A stretch of DNA of 64,000 nt from Melioribacteraceae bacterium (GTDB lineage Bacteria > Bacteroidota > Ignavibacteria > Ignavibacteriales > Melioribacteraceae). Under the pieces are notes generated by a model. That model was given only the letters and a program-made list of their open reading frames with translations. It did not search any database and had not been told where the DNA came from. Each line of letters opens with the position of its first letter. The stretch's first letter is position 1. The translations under genes and the position numbers were made by a program. Location: contig JAHBUP010000001.1 of the NCBI GenBank assembly GCA_019638015.1, positions 1,146,424 to 1,210,423 on the forward strand, read 5' to 3'. Shown here piece after piece: positions 31,483 to 42,098 of this stretch.

Positions 31483-33597
31483 CTATTGTTTAACCAGAAC
31501 CATTCCAGTAGATGGACTTAGTTTTACTCCTCGCTCAATAATTGCATTCGGAATAGATGAAGCTTTATATTCATCAACTAAAACATTCCAGCTGCCTTGT
31601 GCCAAATTAAATTCTAATTCATGTTTCGGATCTGCATTCAGAATAACTGCGTAATGTTTGCCTTCATGATAAATAGTATAAAATAATCCGAACTTGCTGT
31701 TGGGATGCTCGTAAAGTTTAATACTGTCATATTCCGCTCTTCTAAAAGCACTATGCTTCTTTCGCAAATCAATTAATCCTTTATAATATTCTAAAAGCTC
31801 ATTATTAGTTTCCGCATGATCATAGTTTATATAGTTTGTTTCATTATCCTTATCGTAAGTATTATGATCAATCATTCCCTTATGAGGATCGTTAACTTTA
31901 ATGTTATAAGGAATCACTTTAGATCTCGCAAATTCTTGCCCGCTATGGATCATAGTCATTCCCTGTGAGGTAAATAAAAACAATGCGGCAAGTTTGTTAA
32001 GCTTTAATTGTTTTTGCGAAAGTTTAACATGTGAATCAACATTTTTAATTATCGATTTTGGATCAACTTCTCTTGTACCTATCCTGATAAAATCTCCCAG
32101 AGTATATCCGTCATGTGATTCTAGGTAATTTACAGAATGTTCTTTTTTTACAAATAAACCTAATGAGTCAATTGTAAGTGTTCCATTAACATAACTTTTA
32201 ATTCTTTTTGGGGAATTATTTCCATACCACTGACCAAAAATCCAACCCAATCCATTAAATGGATTTTCTCCCTTTATCCCATTTCTAATTTGATCATTCC
32301 ACGCGCCCCATCCTCTTTGAGAAAATCCGTGAGGATCGTAACCTCCGCCCCAGGGCTCGCATACAATTACAACATTTGGATTTATCTTTTTTGCTTCGGC
32401 AATAATTAATTCTATCGTCTGCCAATCAATTAATTTACCCAGATCAAAACGAAAGCCATCTATTTTATATTCTTTCATCCAGTACAAAATACTTTCAACA
32501 ATTAACCGGCGAACCATTGGTCTTTCTGTTTTTAAATCATTGCCGCAAAAACTCTCTGCAATAAAATTACCACTTGCATCAAGTCTGAAATAATAATTCT
32601 TATCTATCTGTTTTAAGTTTCCAATTTCATATTCGGAGAGGTGATTATAAACAACATCCATAATTACCGCAATTCCTTCTTTGTGGAAAGCTTTTACCAT
32701 ATCCTTAAAGTCATCTATCTGTGAAGCGTCTGTCCCTATCCATTTATTCCATTTCAATTCTTTCCAATCCTTTGTGTAATAAGCCGCCGGTGCGAAAAAA
32801 TTGGAAGTCATATATCCCCAATGATTTCTTTCGTAGGGATTCCAAGTATTAAACTTATCCTCAAGTGAATCTTTGTAAGGGATTTCGCAAATTCCAAATT
32901 CTTGAGCCGGAAGAAGTTCAACCGTATTAACGCCGAGAGATTTAATATAATCTAAACCACCGTTTCTTCCTTTTTCTGTTAATCCTTTGTAAGTACCTTT
33001 TAATTTTGCACCGGATGATTTATGGGCAGTCATATCACGCACATGCATCTCATAGATTATAAGGTCGCGCCAATCATTTTTAATCCAATCTGTCCCTTCC
33101 CAGTCATACGCTTTTTCCTTAACGACAATCGACCGGCGAGGATTCATATAAGTAGTAAATGTGGCTACAGCTTTTGCATATGGATCCACGCATATTGGTT
33201 TGTTGGGATTACTTACATCTTCACCTTTGTGATATACTTTATAGCCATAATACACTCCATACATTTCACCTTCAAGTGCAACTTCCCAAACTCCCGTTTT
33301 GTCCATATTCATAAAGTACTCTTTATGATTTTTATCCTCGGGATTAGCTTGTGTAATTAATCTTACGTTTATTGCGGTTGGAGCAAATAATCGGAAATAT
33401 GTTTTTCCGCTATCTACAAATGATCCGAGTTTGGCATTTGAGTAATATTTATCTAGCTCTCTATATTTTTTTTGGAATTCAGTTGAATCCGTTAGATTAT
33501 CATAAAACTTAGTTTCGCGTATAAACAAATCAACACCTTCCGTTCTGATTGATGAAAAAATTATTAAACCTAATAGTATTATCGTAAAATTTTTCAT
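31483..33597 (-). CDS. GH13 type I pullulanase-like debranching enzyme, secreted
   Basis: Signal peptide, GH13 regions (DVVYNH, GFRFDLG, EPWG, YLESHD), 704 aa. Confidence 0.85.
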   Translation of the reverse strand: MKNFTIILLGLIIFSSIRTEGVDLFIRETKFYDNLTDSTEFQKKYRELDKYYSNAKLGSFVDSGKTYFRLFAPTAINVRLITQANPEDKNHKEYFMNMDKTGVWEVALEGEMYGVYYGYKVYHKGEDVSNPNKPICVDPYAKAVATFTTYMNPRRSIVVKEKAYDWEGTDWIKNDWRDLIIYEMHVRDMTAHKSSGAKLKGTYKGLTEKGRNGGLDYIKSLGVNTVELLPAQEFGICEIPYKDSLEDKFNTWNPYERNHWGYMTSNFFAPAAYYTKDWKELKWNKWIGTDASQIDDFKDMVKAFHKEGIAVIMDVVYNHLSEYEIGNLKQIDKNYYFRLDASGNFIAESFCGNDLKTERPMVRRLIVESILYWMKEYKIDGFRFDLGKLIDWQTIELIIAEAKKINPNVVIVCEPWGGGYDPHGFSQRGWGAWNDQIRNGIKGENPFNGLGWIFGQWYGNNSPKRIKSYVNGTLTIDSLGLFVKKEHSVNYLESHDGYTLGDFIRIGTREVDPKSIIKNVDSHVKLSQKQLKLNKLAALFLFTSQGMTMIHSGQEFARSKVIPYNIKVNDPHKGMIDHNTYDKDNETNYINYDHAETNNELLEYYKGLIDLRKKHSAFRRAEYDSIKLYEHPNSKFGLFYTIYHEGKHYAVILNADPKHELEFNLAQGSWNVLVDEYKASSIPNAIIERGVKLSPSTGMVLVKQ

Positions 33598-33703
33598 AAT
33601 TGTTCATTCTTGTTTTGAATTTATTTACATAATAAGAAATAATTTACACTTAAAATAAGAATCATATCCTAATTAAAAAATCTGAAAAACCTAATAATTA
33701 TAA

Positions 33704-35773
33704 TTATCGTAAAAGAACCATTTTTCTGGTCTGAATAAATGACTCTCCAGAATTAGATTCTAGATTATTAGCCTTCAGTTGGTAATAATAAATCCCGCTG
33801 GTAATTTGCGAACCATTCTTACCCTCAAGATTGAGAGTTGAAAATTTGACATTATAATAACCGGGCTGCTGAGTTTCGTTGACTAAAGTAGTGATTTCAC
33901 GGCCCAGCAAATCATACACTTTCAAATTCACATCGCTGATAAATGAGAGTAGGTAATTAATTGTTGTTCCCGGATTAAATGGGTTAGGATAATTTTGATA
34001 TAATAAAAATGAATTTGGAATATCATCTTCTTTAATTCCAGTGTAAGCAACTATCTCCTTTAATATATAATTATTAGGATCAAACTCTAGGCTTAGTGGT
34101 TGTCCTTTTACCGTAATTTCCCAAGACTGTTCTTTTAAATTATTAAAAAGGTTATGTTCGAGCACTCCCGAAGTAGTTGTAATTTTAATATTTACCGGCA
34201 TAATAAAAAAGAGAGGATTGGTGTTGGTTTGCTGTTTAAGTGAAAATGTTACCGAATAATTATCTGCATCCAAATTTTTATAACTCCAACCTACAGAATA
34301 CTTAGGGTAGTTTTCCCCATATATCCATTCTTGAAAAAAATAAGCCAAATCTTTTCCCGAAACACGTTCAGCAATTCTTTGAAAATCATCTGTAACTGCT
34401 ACATTATAAGCAAGCTGAGGTTCTATAAGATATTCCTGAAGTATCTTAAAAAAATATTCATCTCCCACAATACCACGCAGCATATGAAGAACAGCGGCTC
34501 CTTTGTTATATGAGCGGGCCGAGCTAAAAATTTCACCAATACTATTTATATTTTGAACATAAATGGAACCCTTTGCATCACGCGCACGAGCAAATACATT
34601 ATTCATTTGCGAATTAAAAACAGTTTTGCCGTATGCGGCTTCATGATATAGTTTATCGCCATAAGTTGCAAAACCTTCATTTAACCAGATGTTTTGCCAA
34701 TCTTTACAAGTTATTTTATCGCCGAACCATTGATGCGCTAACTCGTGTGCAATAATGGATTCACTCATTGCGTTACCCCCAATTGAAGTTGCGGTTTGAT
34801 GCTCCATTCCGCCGCTAAATCCACAATTTGCGTGTGCGTATTTTTCTTTTGGGTAGGGATATTCACCAAAAAGATTGCTGAAGATGGTCATCATATTATT
34901 TGTTTTATCTAAGTTGGGTTTCGCGCCATTTAATAATTCGGGATAAATATAATGTGTGATTGGAAAAAATTTCCCCGGTTCATATTCAAAAGTGCTTTCA
35001 TAGATGCTGTAATTACTCATCGCGATTGAGATTAAATAATTCGAGATGGGATAGTGATTTTTCCATTTGTAAGTTTTTGTACCACCGGCATTTGTAAAAA
35101 CATCAATTAATTTACCATTGGAAACAGAGACAAATGATTGATCTGAGGTTATCCATACATCCGATGAATCTGCTTTATCACCCGGTGTATCTTTAGATGG
35201 CCACCAATCCTTTGCGCCGTAAGGTTGACTCAAAGTCCAAATTACAGGTTGTCCTGAGTGAGTACTAAAAACAAAACTACCTCCAATTCCTCCCGAAGCG
35301 TTAGGTGTACCTTCGTAATTAATTTCAACGCTAAATTCCTCGCCAGGTATATAAACCCGGTCTAAAAAAATTTCTAATTTATCAGTCAGTGAATGATTAT
35401 AAATTAAATTATTACCCTTTAGTTTAACCGAATTCACTTTAAGTCCATACCACAAATCAAGATAAAAACTTGATGAAGCATCTCTCACCGGTTTTGCGTT
35501 TACAGTTACTATTCCTCGCAAATATTTTGATGCGTTAGAAATATTAAGATCAAGTTTATAATAAGTTACATCAATTTTGCTATCACCGGGATACAATGAT
35601 TTATTTAGTGCAGATGAATTTCTTTGAAATGAATTTATTTTTCCGAAGGAACAGAAATCTTCACCAAATTGAGCAGTTATCAAAATGTTACTAAAAAGAA
35701 CCAATATCGCTGTAAAAATATTTTTCATAATTCTTCTATTAATGTTGGAATAAAAATATTGCTGATAATTCAT
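33704..35773 (-). CDS. M1 family zinc aminopeptidase with T9SS C-terminal sorting domain
   Basis: GGMEH exopeptidase motif and HELAHQWFGD...NEGFA zincin signature. The C-terminus NYPNPFNPGTTINY...VYDLLGRE...GIYYYQL is a T9SS type A CTD. Probable start at MKNIF (about 35728). Confidence 0.9.
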   Translation of the reverse strand: MNYQQYFYSNINRRIMKNIFTAILVLFSNILITAQFGEDFCSFGKINSFQRNSSALNKSLYPGDSKIDVTYYKLDLNISNASKYLRGIVTVNAKPVRDASSSFYLDLWYGLKVNSVKLKGNNLIYNHSLTDKLEIFLDRVYIPGEEFSVEINYEGTPNASGGIGGSFVFSTHSGQPVIWTLSQPYGAKDWWPSKDTPGDKADSSDVWITSDQSFVSVSNGKLIDVFTNAGGTKTYKWKNHYPISNYLISIAMSNYSIYESTFEYEPGKFFPITHYIYPELLNGAKPNLDKTNNMMTIFSNLFGEYPYPKEKYAHANCGFSGGMEHQTATSIGGNAMSESIIAHELAHQWFGDKITCKDWQNIWLNEGFATYGDKLYHEAAYGKTVFNSQMNNVFARARDAKGSIYVQNINSIGEIFSSARSYNKGAAVLHMLRGIVGDEYFFKILQEYLIEPQLAYNVAVTDDFQRIAERVSGKDLAYFFQEWIYGENYPKYSVGWSYKNLDADNYSVTFSLKQQTNTNPLFFIMPVNIKITTTSGVLEHNLFNNLKEQSWEITVKGQPLSLEFDPNNYILKEIVAYTGIKEDDIPNSFLLYQNYPNPFNPGTTINYLLSFISDVNLKVYDLLGREITTLVNETQQPGYYNVKFSTLNLEGKNGSQITSGIYYYQLKANNLESNSGESFIQTRKMVLLR

Positions 35774-35847
35774 AATTAAAAGCGAATAATTTTTCTTTAT
35801 TAATTTAGATTCAAGCGGGTTGGTAGTAAGAAATTAGGGTTTTATAA

Positions 35848-35874
35848 AATGGTCGGAATAGAATTCCGACCATT
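35848..35874 (-). terminator. Hairpin after the decarboxylase operon
   Basis: AATGGTCGGAAT-aga-ATTCCGACCATT is a perfect 12-bp stem 7 nt after the beta-subunit stop. On the minus strand it is followed by TTATAAAA. Confidence 0.5.
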
Positions 35875-35880
35875 AAAAAT

Positions 35881-37044
35881 TTATCCAAGGAAAAATGATA
35901 ACAAAATACCGGCGGCAACAGCAGAACCAATAACACCGGCAACATTTGGCGCCATTGCATGCATTAGCAAATGGTTTTTAGGATCATACTGCAATCCTAT
36001 AACTTGGGATACCCGAGCGCTATCCGGAACCGCTGATACACCGGCGTTTCCAATTAAAGGATTTATTTTATTTTCATCTTTCAAAAATAAATTCATCAAC
36101 TTCACAAATAATACGCCCATGGTGGTTGCCACCATAAAAGATACCGCGCCCAATCCAAATATTCCAATAGATTTTGCCGTTAAAAATGTTGTGGCCTGGG
36201 TGGAAGCTCCAACTGTTAATCCTATTAATATTGTAACTATATCAATTAAAGAACCTTTTGCTGTATCGGCTAAACGCTTTGTTACGCCACTCTCTTTCAA
36301 AATATTTCCAAAAAACAACATTCCCAATAATGGAAGAGCTGAAGGTGTTATAAAAGTTGTTAATAACAAACCAACAATAGGGAATAGTATCTTTTCTAAT
36401 TTTGAAACTTGGCGAGGCGGTTTCATCTTTATAACACGCTCTTTATGAGTGGTTAGCAATTTCATAATTGGTGGTTGAATTACAGGTACTAATGCCATAT
36501 ATGAATATGCTGAAACCGCAATTGCGCCTACTAATTCGGGAGCTAGTTTGGATGATAAAAATATTGCAGTTGGACCATCGGCACCACCAATAATTCCAAT
36601 TGCTGCTGCTTGTTGAGGATCGTATCCTAAAGCAGTGGCTATTATGTAAGCTCCAAAGATACCAAACTGAGCCGCTGCTCCAATTAACATTAATTTTGGA
36701 TTGGAGAGCAGGGTAGAAAAATCTGTCATTGCCCCAATTCCTAAAAAGATTAATGGGGGATAGACACCTTGAGAAACTCCAAAATATAAATAGTTTAAAA
36801 CGCTTCCTTTCTCATAAATGCCAATTTGAAGCCCCGCATTCTCCAAAAAAGGTATGTTGCCAATTAGAATTCCAAATCCTATCGGTACTAAAAGTAATGG
36901 CTCATAATCTTTTGCAATTGCCAGATAAAGGAATATCAGCGCAACAATTATCATTATTAAGTGGCCAAGCGTAAAATTCGCGAATGCTGTGTAACGCATA
37001 AATTGGTCAAATCCATGAACAGTAAAATCAAGAAATTGCTGCAT
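35881..37044 (-). CDS. mmdB: Na+-translocating decarboxylase beta subunit (methylmalonyl-CoA/oxaloacetate decarboxylase)
   Basis: Polytopic 387-aa protein with OadB/MmdB-type segments ([25 protein letters not shown]). Last gene of the mmd operon. Confidence 0.9.
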   Translation of the reverse strand: MQQFLDFTVHGFDQFMRYTAFANFTLGHLIMIIVALIFLYLAIAKDYEPLLLVPIGFGILIGNIPFLENAGLQIGIYEKGSVLNYLYFGVSQGVYPPLIFLGIGAMTDFSTLLSNPKLMLIGAAAQFGIFGAYIIATALGYDPQQAAAIGIIGGADGPTAIFLSSKLAPELVGAIAVSAYSYMALVPVIQPPIMKLLTTHKERVIKMKPPRQVSKLEKILFPIVGLLLTTFITPSALPLLGMLFFGNILKESGVTKRLADTAKGSLIDIVTILIGLTVGASTQATTFLTAKSIGIFGLGAVSFMVATTMGVLFVKLMNLFLKDENKINPLIGNAGVSAVPDSARVSQVIGLQYDPKNHLLMHAMAPNVAGVIGSAVAAGILLSFFLG

Positions 37045-37046
37045 AA

Positions 37047-37490
37047 TTAACCTCCTATCTGAATCAGAAGGTCGCCTTCCATAACAGAATCACCCTGTTT
37101 GACTTTAATTGAAGTGATTTTTCCTTCTTTATCTGCATTAACACTGTTTTCCATTTTCATTGCTTCAAGTGTTAATAATTTATCACCAATTTTTACAATA
37201 TCTCCCTCTTTAACATGAATATCAAGGATAACCCCAGGCAAAGGAGATTTCACATATCCAACCCCTTTTGCTTCGGTGGGCTTTGAAGTTTTTTGTTCCG
37301 ATTTTGCCATATCTGTTGACGGAGATACAACAGAACGAACCAATTTTGGCGTTTTTGTTTTTTGAATTTGTTTATCAACTTCAACTTGATATACGGTTCC
37401 GTTGACTTCAACTTCTACCATATTATCTTCTGTGTTCAATATCTCAACTGCGTATTGAGAGCCATTGATCGTAAACTTAAACTTTTTCAT
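37047..37490 (-). CDS. mmdC: Biotin carboxyl carrier subunit of the decarboxylase
   Basis: Biotinyl-lysine motif EAMKMEN in the C-terminal lipoyl-like domain. Confidence 0.88.
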   Translation of the reverse strand: MKKFKFTINGSQYAVEILNTEDNMVEVEVNGTVYQVEVDKQIQKTKTPKLVRSVVSPSTDMAKSEQKTSKPTEAKGVGYVKSPLPGVILDIHVKEGDIVKIGDKLLTLEAMKMENSVNADKEGKITSIKVKQGDSVMEGDLLIQIGG

Positions 37491-37500
37491 TATTTCATCC

Positions 37501-37920
37501 TCATCTTGGAAATTGTCTTATACCGTAGATTTTTGAACTCCACGGTGAGTAAGTTCTTGCTACTCTATTAATTGTAAGCACCATATTTTCTTGGTCATGA
37601 ATCTCACTCATATACAAGTGAATTGCCATAGCAATTGCCGCGTTCACTTCGCCGGAAAGTTCTTCTTCATTTACCTTTATTTCTACCGTTTGACCTTCTC
37701 TCTTAATCGATCTCTTTAATTTTTGATTTAATAATTTAGTTATGTTAATGAATACTAAATAAAGTAACAGCAGAGAAAAAAATACAACTGCCATTCCAAC
37801 AAAAGTAATCCCTATTCCTATTGGATCAACTTGTGTAAATTTCTCGGCGTTTTGATGCATCTTAGAACTGGTTACGGAATCAACTTGAGCAGTAACTTGA
37901 GCTATTATTGCTAAATTCAT
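37501..37920 (-). CDS. Small membrane-anchor subunit (OadG/MmdD-like)
   Basis: Single TM FVGMAVVFFSLLLLYLVFINI as in the OadG family. Sits between the alpha and biotin-carrier genes. Confidence 0.55.
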   Translation of the reverse strand: MNLAIIAQVTAQVDSVTSSKMHQNAEKFTQVDPIGIGITFVGMAVVFFSLLLLYLVFINITKLLNQKLKRSIKREGQTVEIKVNEEELSGEVNAAIAMAIHLYMSEIHDQENMVLTINRVARTYSPWSSKIYGIRQFPR

Positions 37921-37927
37921 TTTTACC

Positions 37928-39487
37928 TCACAAAGGGATGTTTGAATGTTTCTTTGGAGGATTCACATCTTTCTTTGTTGCCAAAGATTGAAGTGCGCGA
38001 ATTACTCTGAACCTTGTATTCCTTGGTTCAATAACATCATCAATATAACCATATTTTGCGGCTGTATATGGAGTAGCAAATTTGCGCTTGTATTCTTCTT
38101 CTTTTTCACTAATGAATTTTATTCTTTCCTGCTCATCTTTAATTTCACTAATCTCTTTATTGTGAAGAACCTCTATAGCTCCGCGAGGACCCATAACCGC
38201 AATTTCAGCCATCGGCCAGGCATAATTAATATCTCCGCGCAAATGTTTCGATCCCATTACATCGTAAGCCCCGCCATATGCTTTTCTTAATATAACCGTA
38301 ATTTTTGGAACGGTTGCTTCCCCATAAGCAAATAATAGTTTAGCTCCATGCAGAATAATTCCACCATATTCTTGAGTAGTTCCGGGTAAAAATCCGGGAA
38401 CATCGACTAGTGTTAATATCGGAATATTGAATGCATCACAGAATCTAACAAATCTTCCGGCTTTTCTAGATGCGTTAATATCCAGCACACCGGCCAAGTA
38501 ATTTGGTTGATTGGCAACTATTCCAACTGAAACACCATTAAAACGTGCAAAACCAGTAATTATGTTTGGCGCGTAATGTCTCTGTATTTCTAAGAATTCA
38601 TGATAATCTGTAATTGCGTGAATAACATCTTTAACATCATAAGGTTTATTTGGACTTTCAGGAATAATTTCGTTCAATGAATCTTCAAGTCTATCGATAG
38701 GATCATCACACATTGCAAGTGGCGGATCTTCTAAATTATTTTGTGGAAGATAGCTAAGTATTTTTCTTATAAGTAGAATACCTTCCTGTTCATCGTCAGC
38801 CACGAAATGAGTTACACCCGATTTTGATCCATGAACCATTGCACCGCCAAGCTCTTCTTCAGTTACAGTCTCACCGGTAACAGTTTTAACTACTTTTGGA
38901 CCGGTAACAAACATATAGCTGGTGCCCTTAGTCATAATTGTAAAATCGGTTAGTGCAGGGGAGTAAACTGCACCGCCGGCGCAGGGTCCAAATATTGCCG
39001 AAATTTGTGGAATCACTCCGCTTGCCATAATATTTCTTTGAAATATTTCCGCATAACCGCCCAAACTTTTGACCCCTTCTTGTATTCTCGCACCGCCGCT
39101 ATCATTTATACCTATAACTGGAGCACCGACTTTCATTGCCTTATCCATTACTTTGCAAATCTTTTGGGCATACATTTCTGATAAGGAACCACCGAAGACT
39201 GTAAAGTCCTGCGAAAAAACATAAACTAGCCGTCCATCAATTGTACCGTAACCTGTAACAACACCATCTGACAAATATGTTTGCTTATCTAATCCAAAAT
39301 CTACAGTTCTATGCGATACGAACATATCGAATTCTTCAAAGCTGCCTTCATCGAGCAGCATATCTATACGTTCTCTTGCGGTATATTTTCCTTTTTGATG
39401 TTGCGACTCAATTCGTTTTTCACCGCCGCCTAGTCGCGCTTTTGCGCGCATATCCATTAACTCTTTGATCTTTCCACTGTGTGGCAT
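37928..39487 (-). CDS. mmdA: Methylmalonyl-CoA decarboxylase alpha subunit (carboxyltransferase, PccB/12S family)
   Basis: 519-aa acyl-CoA carboxyltransferase with the two crotonase-like halves and typical segments ([33 protein letters not shown]). Confidence 0.92.
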   Translation of the reverse strand: MPHSGKIKELMDMRAKARLGGGEKRIESQHQKGKYTARERIDMLLDEGSFEEFDMFVSHRTVDFGLDKQTYLSDGVVTGYGTIDGRLVYVFSQDFTVFGGSLSEMYAQKICKVMDKAMKVGAPVIGINDSGGARIQEGVKSLGGYAEIFQRNIMASGVIPQISAIFGPCAGGAVYSPALTDFTIMTKGTSYMFVTGPKVVKTVTGETVTEEELGGAMVHGSKSGVTHFVADDEQEGILLIRKILSYLPQNNLEDPPLAMCDDPIDRLEDSLNEIIPESPNKPYDVKDVIHAITDYHEFLEIQRHYAPNIITGFARFNGVSVGIVANQPNYLAGVLDINASRKAGRFVRFCDAFNIPILTLVDVPGFLPGTTQEYGGIILHGAKLLFAYGEATVPKITVILRKAYGGAYDVMGSKHLRGDINYAWPMAEIAVMGPRGAIEVLHNKEISEIKDEQERIKFISEKEEEYKRKFATPYTAAKYGYIDDVIEPRNTRFRVIRALQSLATKKDVNPPKKHSNIPL

Positions 39488-39496
39488 TTAACCTCC

Positions 39497-39520
39497 GTAA
39501 AATAGTGTAGAGTGATGAGC
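39497..39520 (+). repeat. Inverted copy (C) of the operon-internal repeat
   Basis: GTAAAATAGTGTAGAGTGATGAGC. Its reverse complement, CTCATCACTCTACACTATTTT, matches copies A and B apart from a 7-nt deletion and 1 mismatch. Confidence 0.8.
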
Positions 39521-39523
39521 TTG

Positions 39524-39537
39524 CCCGCCGCGGCGGG
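39524..39537. repeat. GC-only palindrome CCCGCCGCGGCGGG
   Basis: Perfect 14-nt palindrome in otherwise AT-rich DNA, 14 nt downstream of the four-helix-bundle gene stop. No U-tract follows it on the coding (minus) strand. Confidence 0.7.
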
Positions 39538-39550
39538 TAAAAGTATTGAG

Positions 39551-39949
39551 TTATAAACCTTTAGCAGTTTTGATGCTGCTGGTTAATATTCTTTCTAATT
39601 CATCACAGTCTTTAATTAAACTTTCGAATTCATTTTGATTTATTAATTCGGTCTCGAATAAAAGTTTTAACCAATATTCGGTTTCTCTGCATTCTTTTAA
39701 AGCAATTGTTAATTTATTGGCGAAATCATTTTTTGATGAAGCGCTTTGAGCTTCAGAAATATTAGCTCCGATTGATGTTCCGGATCTTAAAAGCTGTTTG
39801 TGAATTGGAATAAAAGTTAGATCATTTTTAAGAATGTACTTATAGAATTTTGTAATTCTAACAGAAAACTTAAATGCTTTCTGATATAAAATACTAGAAT
39901 AATATTCCTGCTTCTCATTAATCAAACTAAAATACTCTTCACTCATCAC
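39551..39949 (-). CDS. Four-helix-bundle protein (23S rRNA intervening-sequence protein / Avd-like family)
   Basis: Family hallmark SGTSIGANISEAQSASSKNDFANKLTIALKECRETEYWLKLL. About 130 aa. The start is GTG at 39949 or ATG at 39946. Confidence 0.85.
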   Translation of the reverse strand: MMSEEYFSLINEKQEYYSSILYQKAFKFSVRITKFYKYILKNDLTFIPIHKQLLRSGTSIGANISEAQSASSKNDFANKLTIALKECRETEYWLKLLFETELINQNEFESLIKDCDELERILTSSIKTAKGL

Positions 39950-39969
39950 TCTAAACTCTAAACTATTTT
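39937..39969 (-). repeat. Repeat copy B (epimerase / four-helix-bundle junction)
   Basis: Plus strand CTTCACTCATCACTCTAAACTCTAAACTATTTT. Matches copy A at 30 of 34 aligned positions. Contains the four-helix-bundle gene start and the epimerase stop. Confidence 0.8.
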
Positions 39970-40364
39970 CCGCACAATTCCGTTAAAACGCCGCCTGTAA
40001 ATTTTGGGTGAAGGAAACCGATATTTAATCCTTCGGCGCCTTTGCGGGGTTGTTTATCAATTAGTTGTATTCCTTTTGCTTCAACCTCTTTTAATGATTC
40101 GGCAAGATTATCAGTAGCAAATGCCAAATGATGAATTCCTTCCCCCTTCTTTTCAATAAACTTACCAATTGGTCCTTCGGGATCGGTAGATTCCAGCAAT
40201 TCAATTTTAGTTTGTCCAACCATAAAAAAAGCGGTTTTAACTTTTTGATCTGCAACTTCCTCAACTGCGTAACATTTAAATCCAAGCACATTTTCATAAT
40301 ATTTAATTGATTCTTCCAAATTTTTTACCGCAATTCCGATATGTTCTATATGTGTAATATTCAT
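39963..40364 (-). CDS. mce: Methylmalonyl-CoA epimerase (VOC/glyoxalase fold)
   Basis: IEHIGIAVKNLEESIKYY N-terminus, GEGIHHLAF, 133 aa, and operon context with the mutase and decarboxylase. Confidence 0.9.
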   Translation of the reverse strand: MNITHIEHIGIAVKNLEESIKYYENVLGFKCYAVEEVADQKVKTAFFMVGQTKIELLESTDPEGPIGKFIEKKGEGIHHLAFATDNLAESLKEVEAKGIQLIDKQPRKGAEGLNIGFLHPKFTGGVLTELCGK

Positions 40365-40385
40365 TTTAAGCTCCTTAATTAATTT

Positions 40386-40419
40386 CTACACTCATCACTC
40401 AACACTCTAAACTATTTTT
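40386..40419 (-). repeat. Repeat copy A (mutase / epimerase junction)
   Basis: Plus strand CTACACTCATCACTCAACACTCTAAACTATTTTT, immediately after the mutase stop. Confidence 0.8.
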
Positions 40420-42098
40420 CAGATTACCACATTTTCCTTGTACTCACCAAAGACATCTCTCATAACATTACAGATTTCGCCAATGCCTGCATAAGCTTTA
40501 ACGGCATCAAGAATAAAGGGCATCAAGTTAGCGTCCCCTTCTGCGGCAGTTTTAAGCGCGGCAAGTTTTTCTTTTACTACTTCATTATTTCTTTCAGAGC
40601 GAATTTTGTTAAGAAAAGCAATTTGTTCTTTTTGAACTTTTTCATCTATTCGTAAGAGTTCTCCTTTTGTTTCCTCTTTCTGAACAAACTTATTAACACC
40701 AACAACTACACTTTCTCCGCTTTCAAGTTGTTTATTGAATTGATATGCCGCTTTTTGAATTTCGAGTTGGACATAGCCGGCTTCAATCGCATTTGTAACG
40801 CCTCCCATAGCGTCAATTTTACTAATGTACTCTTCGGCTTCTTTTTCTATCTGATCAGTCAGAGCTTCAACGTAATAGGAGCCGGCGAGAGGATCTATAG
40901 TGTTTGCAACCCCGCTTTCATGAGCAACAATTTGTTGAGTGCGTAATGCAATTTTTACAGATTGTTCTGTAGGAAGAGCCAGCGCTTCATCACGTGAATT
41001 TGTGTGTAAGCTTTGAGTTCCACCAAGAACAGCGGCTAAAGTTTGAATGGTTACGCGTACTATATTATTATCAACTTGCTGAGCGGTTAATGTTGATCCG
41101 GCGGTTTGTGTATGAAAACGAAGCATCATCGATTTCTCTTTTTTAGCTCCGAATCTCTCTTTCATAATTTTAGCCCATAATCTTCTAGCGGCTCTATATT
41201 TAGCTACTTCTTCAAGAAGATCATTATGAGCATTAAAAAAGAATGATAATTGTCCCGCAAACTCATCGACATTTAATCCTGCGTCAATAGCGGCTTTTAC
41301 ATAGGCAATACCATCTGCAAGGGTAAATCCAACTTCCTGCGCCGCAGTTGAACCAGCTTCACGAATATGATAACCGGAAATTGAAATTGTATTCCACTTT
41401 GGTACTTCTTTTGCGCAGTATTCAAAAATATTTGTAATTAAACGCATCGAGGGTTTTGTGGGATAAATATATGTCCCGCGTGCTATATATTCCTTTAAGA
41501 TATCGTTTTGAATTGTGCCGGTAATTTTATCCGGGGTGACACCTTGCTTTTCAGCTACGGCAATGTACATTGCGAGGAGAACAGAAGCCGGAGCGTTAAT
41601 TGTCATTGAGGTAGAAACTTTATCTAATGGAATTTGATCGAATAATATTTCCATATCAGCAAGAGTATCAATAGCAACCCCAACTTTTCCAACTTCGCCA
41701 AGAGCCATAGGGTCATCGCTATCATATCCAATTTGGGTTGGGAGATCAAATGCTACCGATAATCCGCTTTGCCCTTGCGAAAGTAAATATCTGTATCGTT
41801 CATTAGATTCTTTAGCGGTTCCGAATCCGGCATATTGTCTCATTGTCCAGAATCTGCCCCGGTACATAGTTGGCTGAACTCCACGGGTAAATGGATATTG
41901 ACCAGGAAATCCTAGATTTTTATTGTAATCAGAGTCAGTATCGTTTGGGATGTAAATCGGTTTTACGTTTGTGAATGATTGTGTCTTAAATTCTTTTAAT
42001 CGTTCTGGAAATTTGGAAATGGATTTTTGGTAGATCGAACTATCCCAATTACTATAAGCCTCTTGAACTTTTGATTTAAGTGAATCTAAATCTTGCAT
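40419..42098 (-). CDS. Methylmalonyl-CoA mutase, catalytic (N-terminal, substrate-binding) subunit only
   Basis: MCM TIM-barrel segments ([50 protein letters not shown]). It ends at GEYKENVVI with no DxHxxG B12-binding domain. The ORF track extends to 42170, but the ATG at 42098 (MQDLDSLK) has an AAAGGA RBS. Confidence 0.9.
   Translation of the reverse strand: MQDLDSLKSKVQEAYSNWDSSIYQKSISKFPERLKEFKTQSFTNVKPIYIPNDTDSDYNKNLGFPGQYPFTRGVQPTMYRGRFWTMRQYAGFGTAKESNERYRYLLSQGQSGLSVAFDLPTQIGYDSDDPMALGEVGKVGVAIDTLADMEILFDQIPLDKVSTSMTINAPASVLLAMYIAVAEKQGVTPDKITGTIQNDILKEYIARGTYIYPTKPSMRLITNIFEYCAKEVPKWNTISISGYHIREAGSTAAQEVGFTLADGIAYVKAAIDAGLNVDEFAGQLSFFFNAHNDLLEEVAKYRAARRLWAKIMKERFGAKKEKSMMLRFHTQTAGSTLTAQQVDNNIVRVTIQTLAAVLGGTQSLHTNSRDEALALPTEQSVKIALRTQQIVAHESGVANTIDPLAGSYYVEALTDQIEKEAEEYISKIDAMGGVTNAIEAGYVQLEIQKAAYQFNKQLESGESVVVGVNKFVQKEETKGELLRIDEKVQKEQIAFLNKIRSERNNEVVKEKLAALKTAAEGDANLMPFILDAVKAYAGIGEICNVMRDVFGEYKENVVI

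Noticed and set aside
35849-36448. 199-aa plus-strand ORF, the longest unannotated ORF in the track
   Set aside because: It lies entirely antisense to the well-supported Na+-decarboxylase beta subunit gene. It has no recognisable motif, and its composition mirrors the Ala/Gly/Ile-rich membrane protein on the other strand. It is an antisense artefact.
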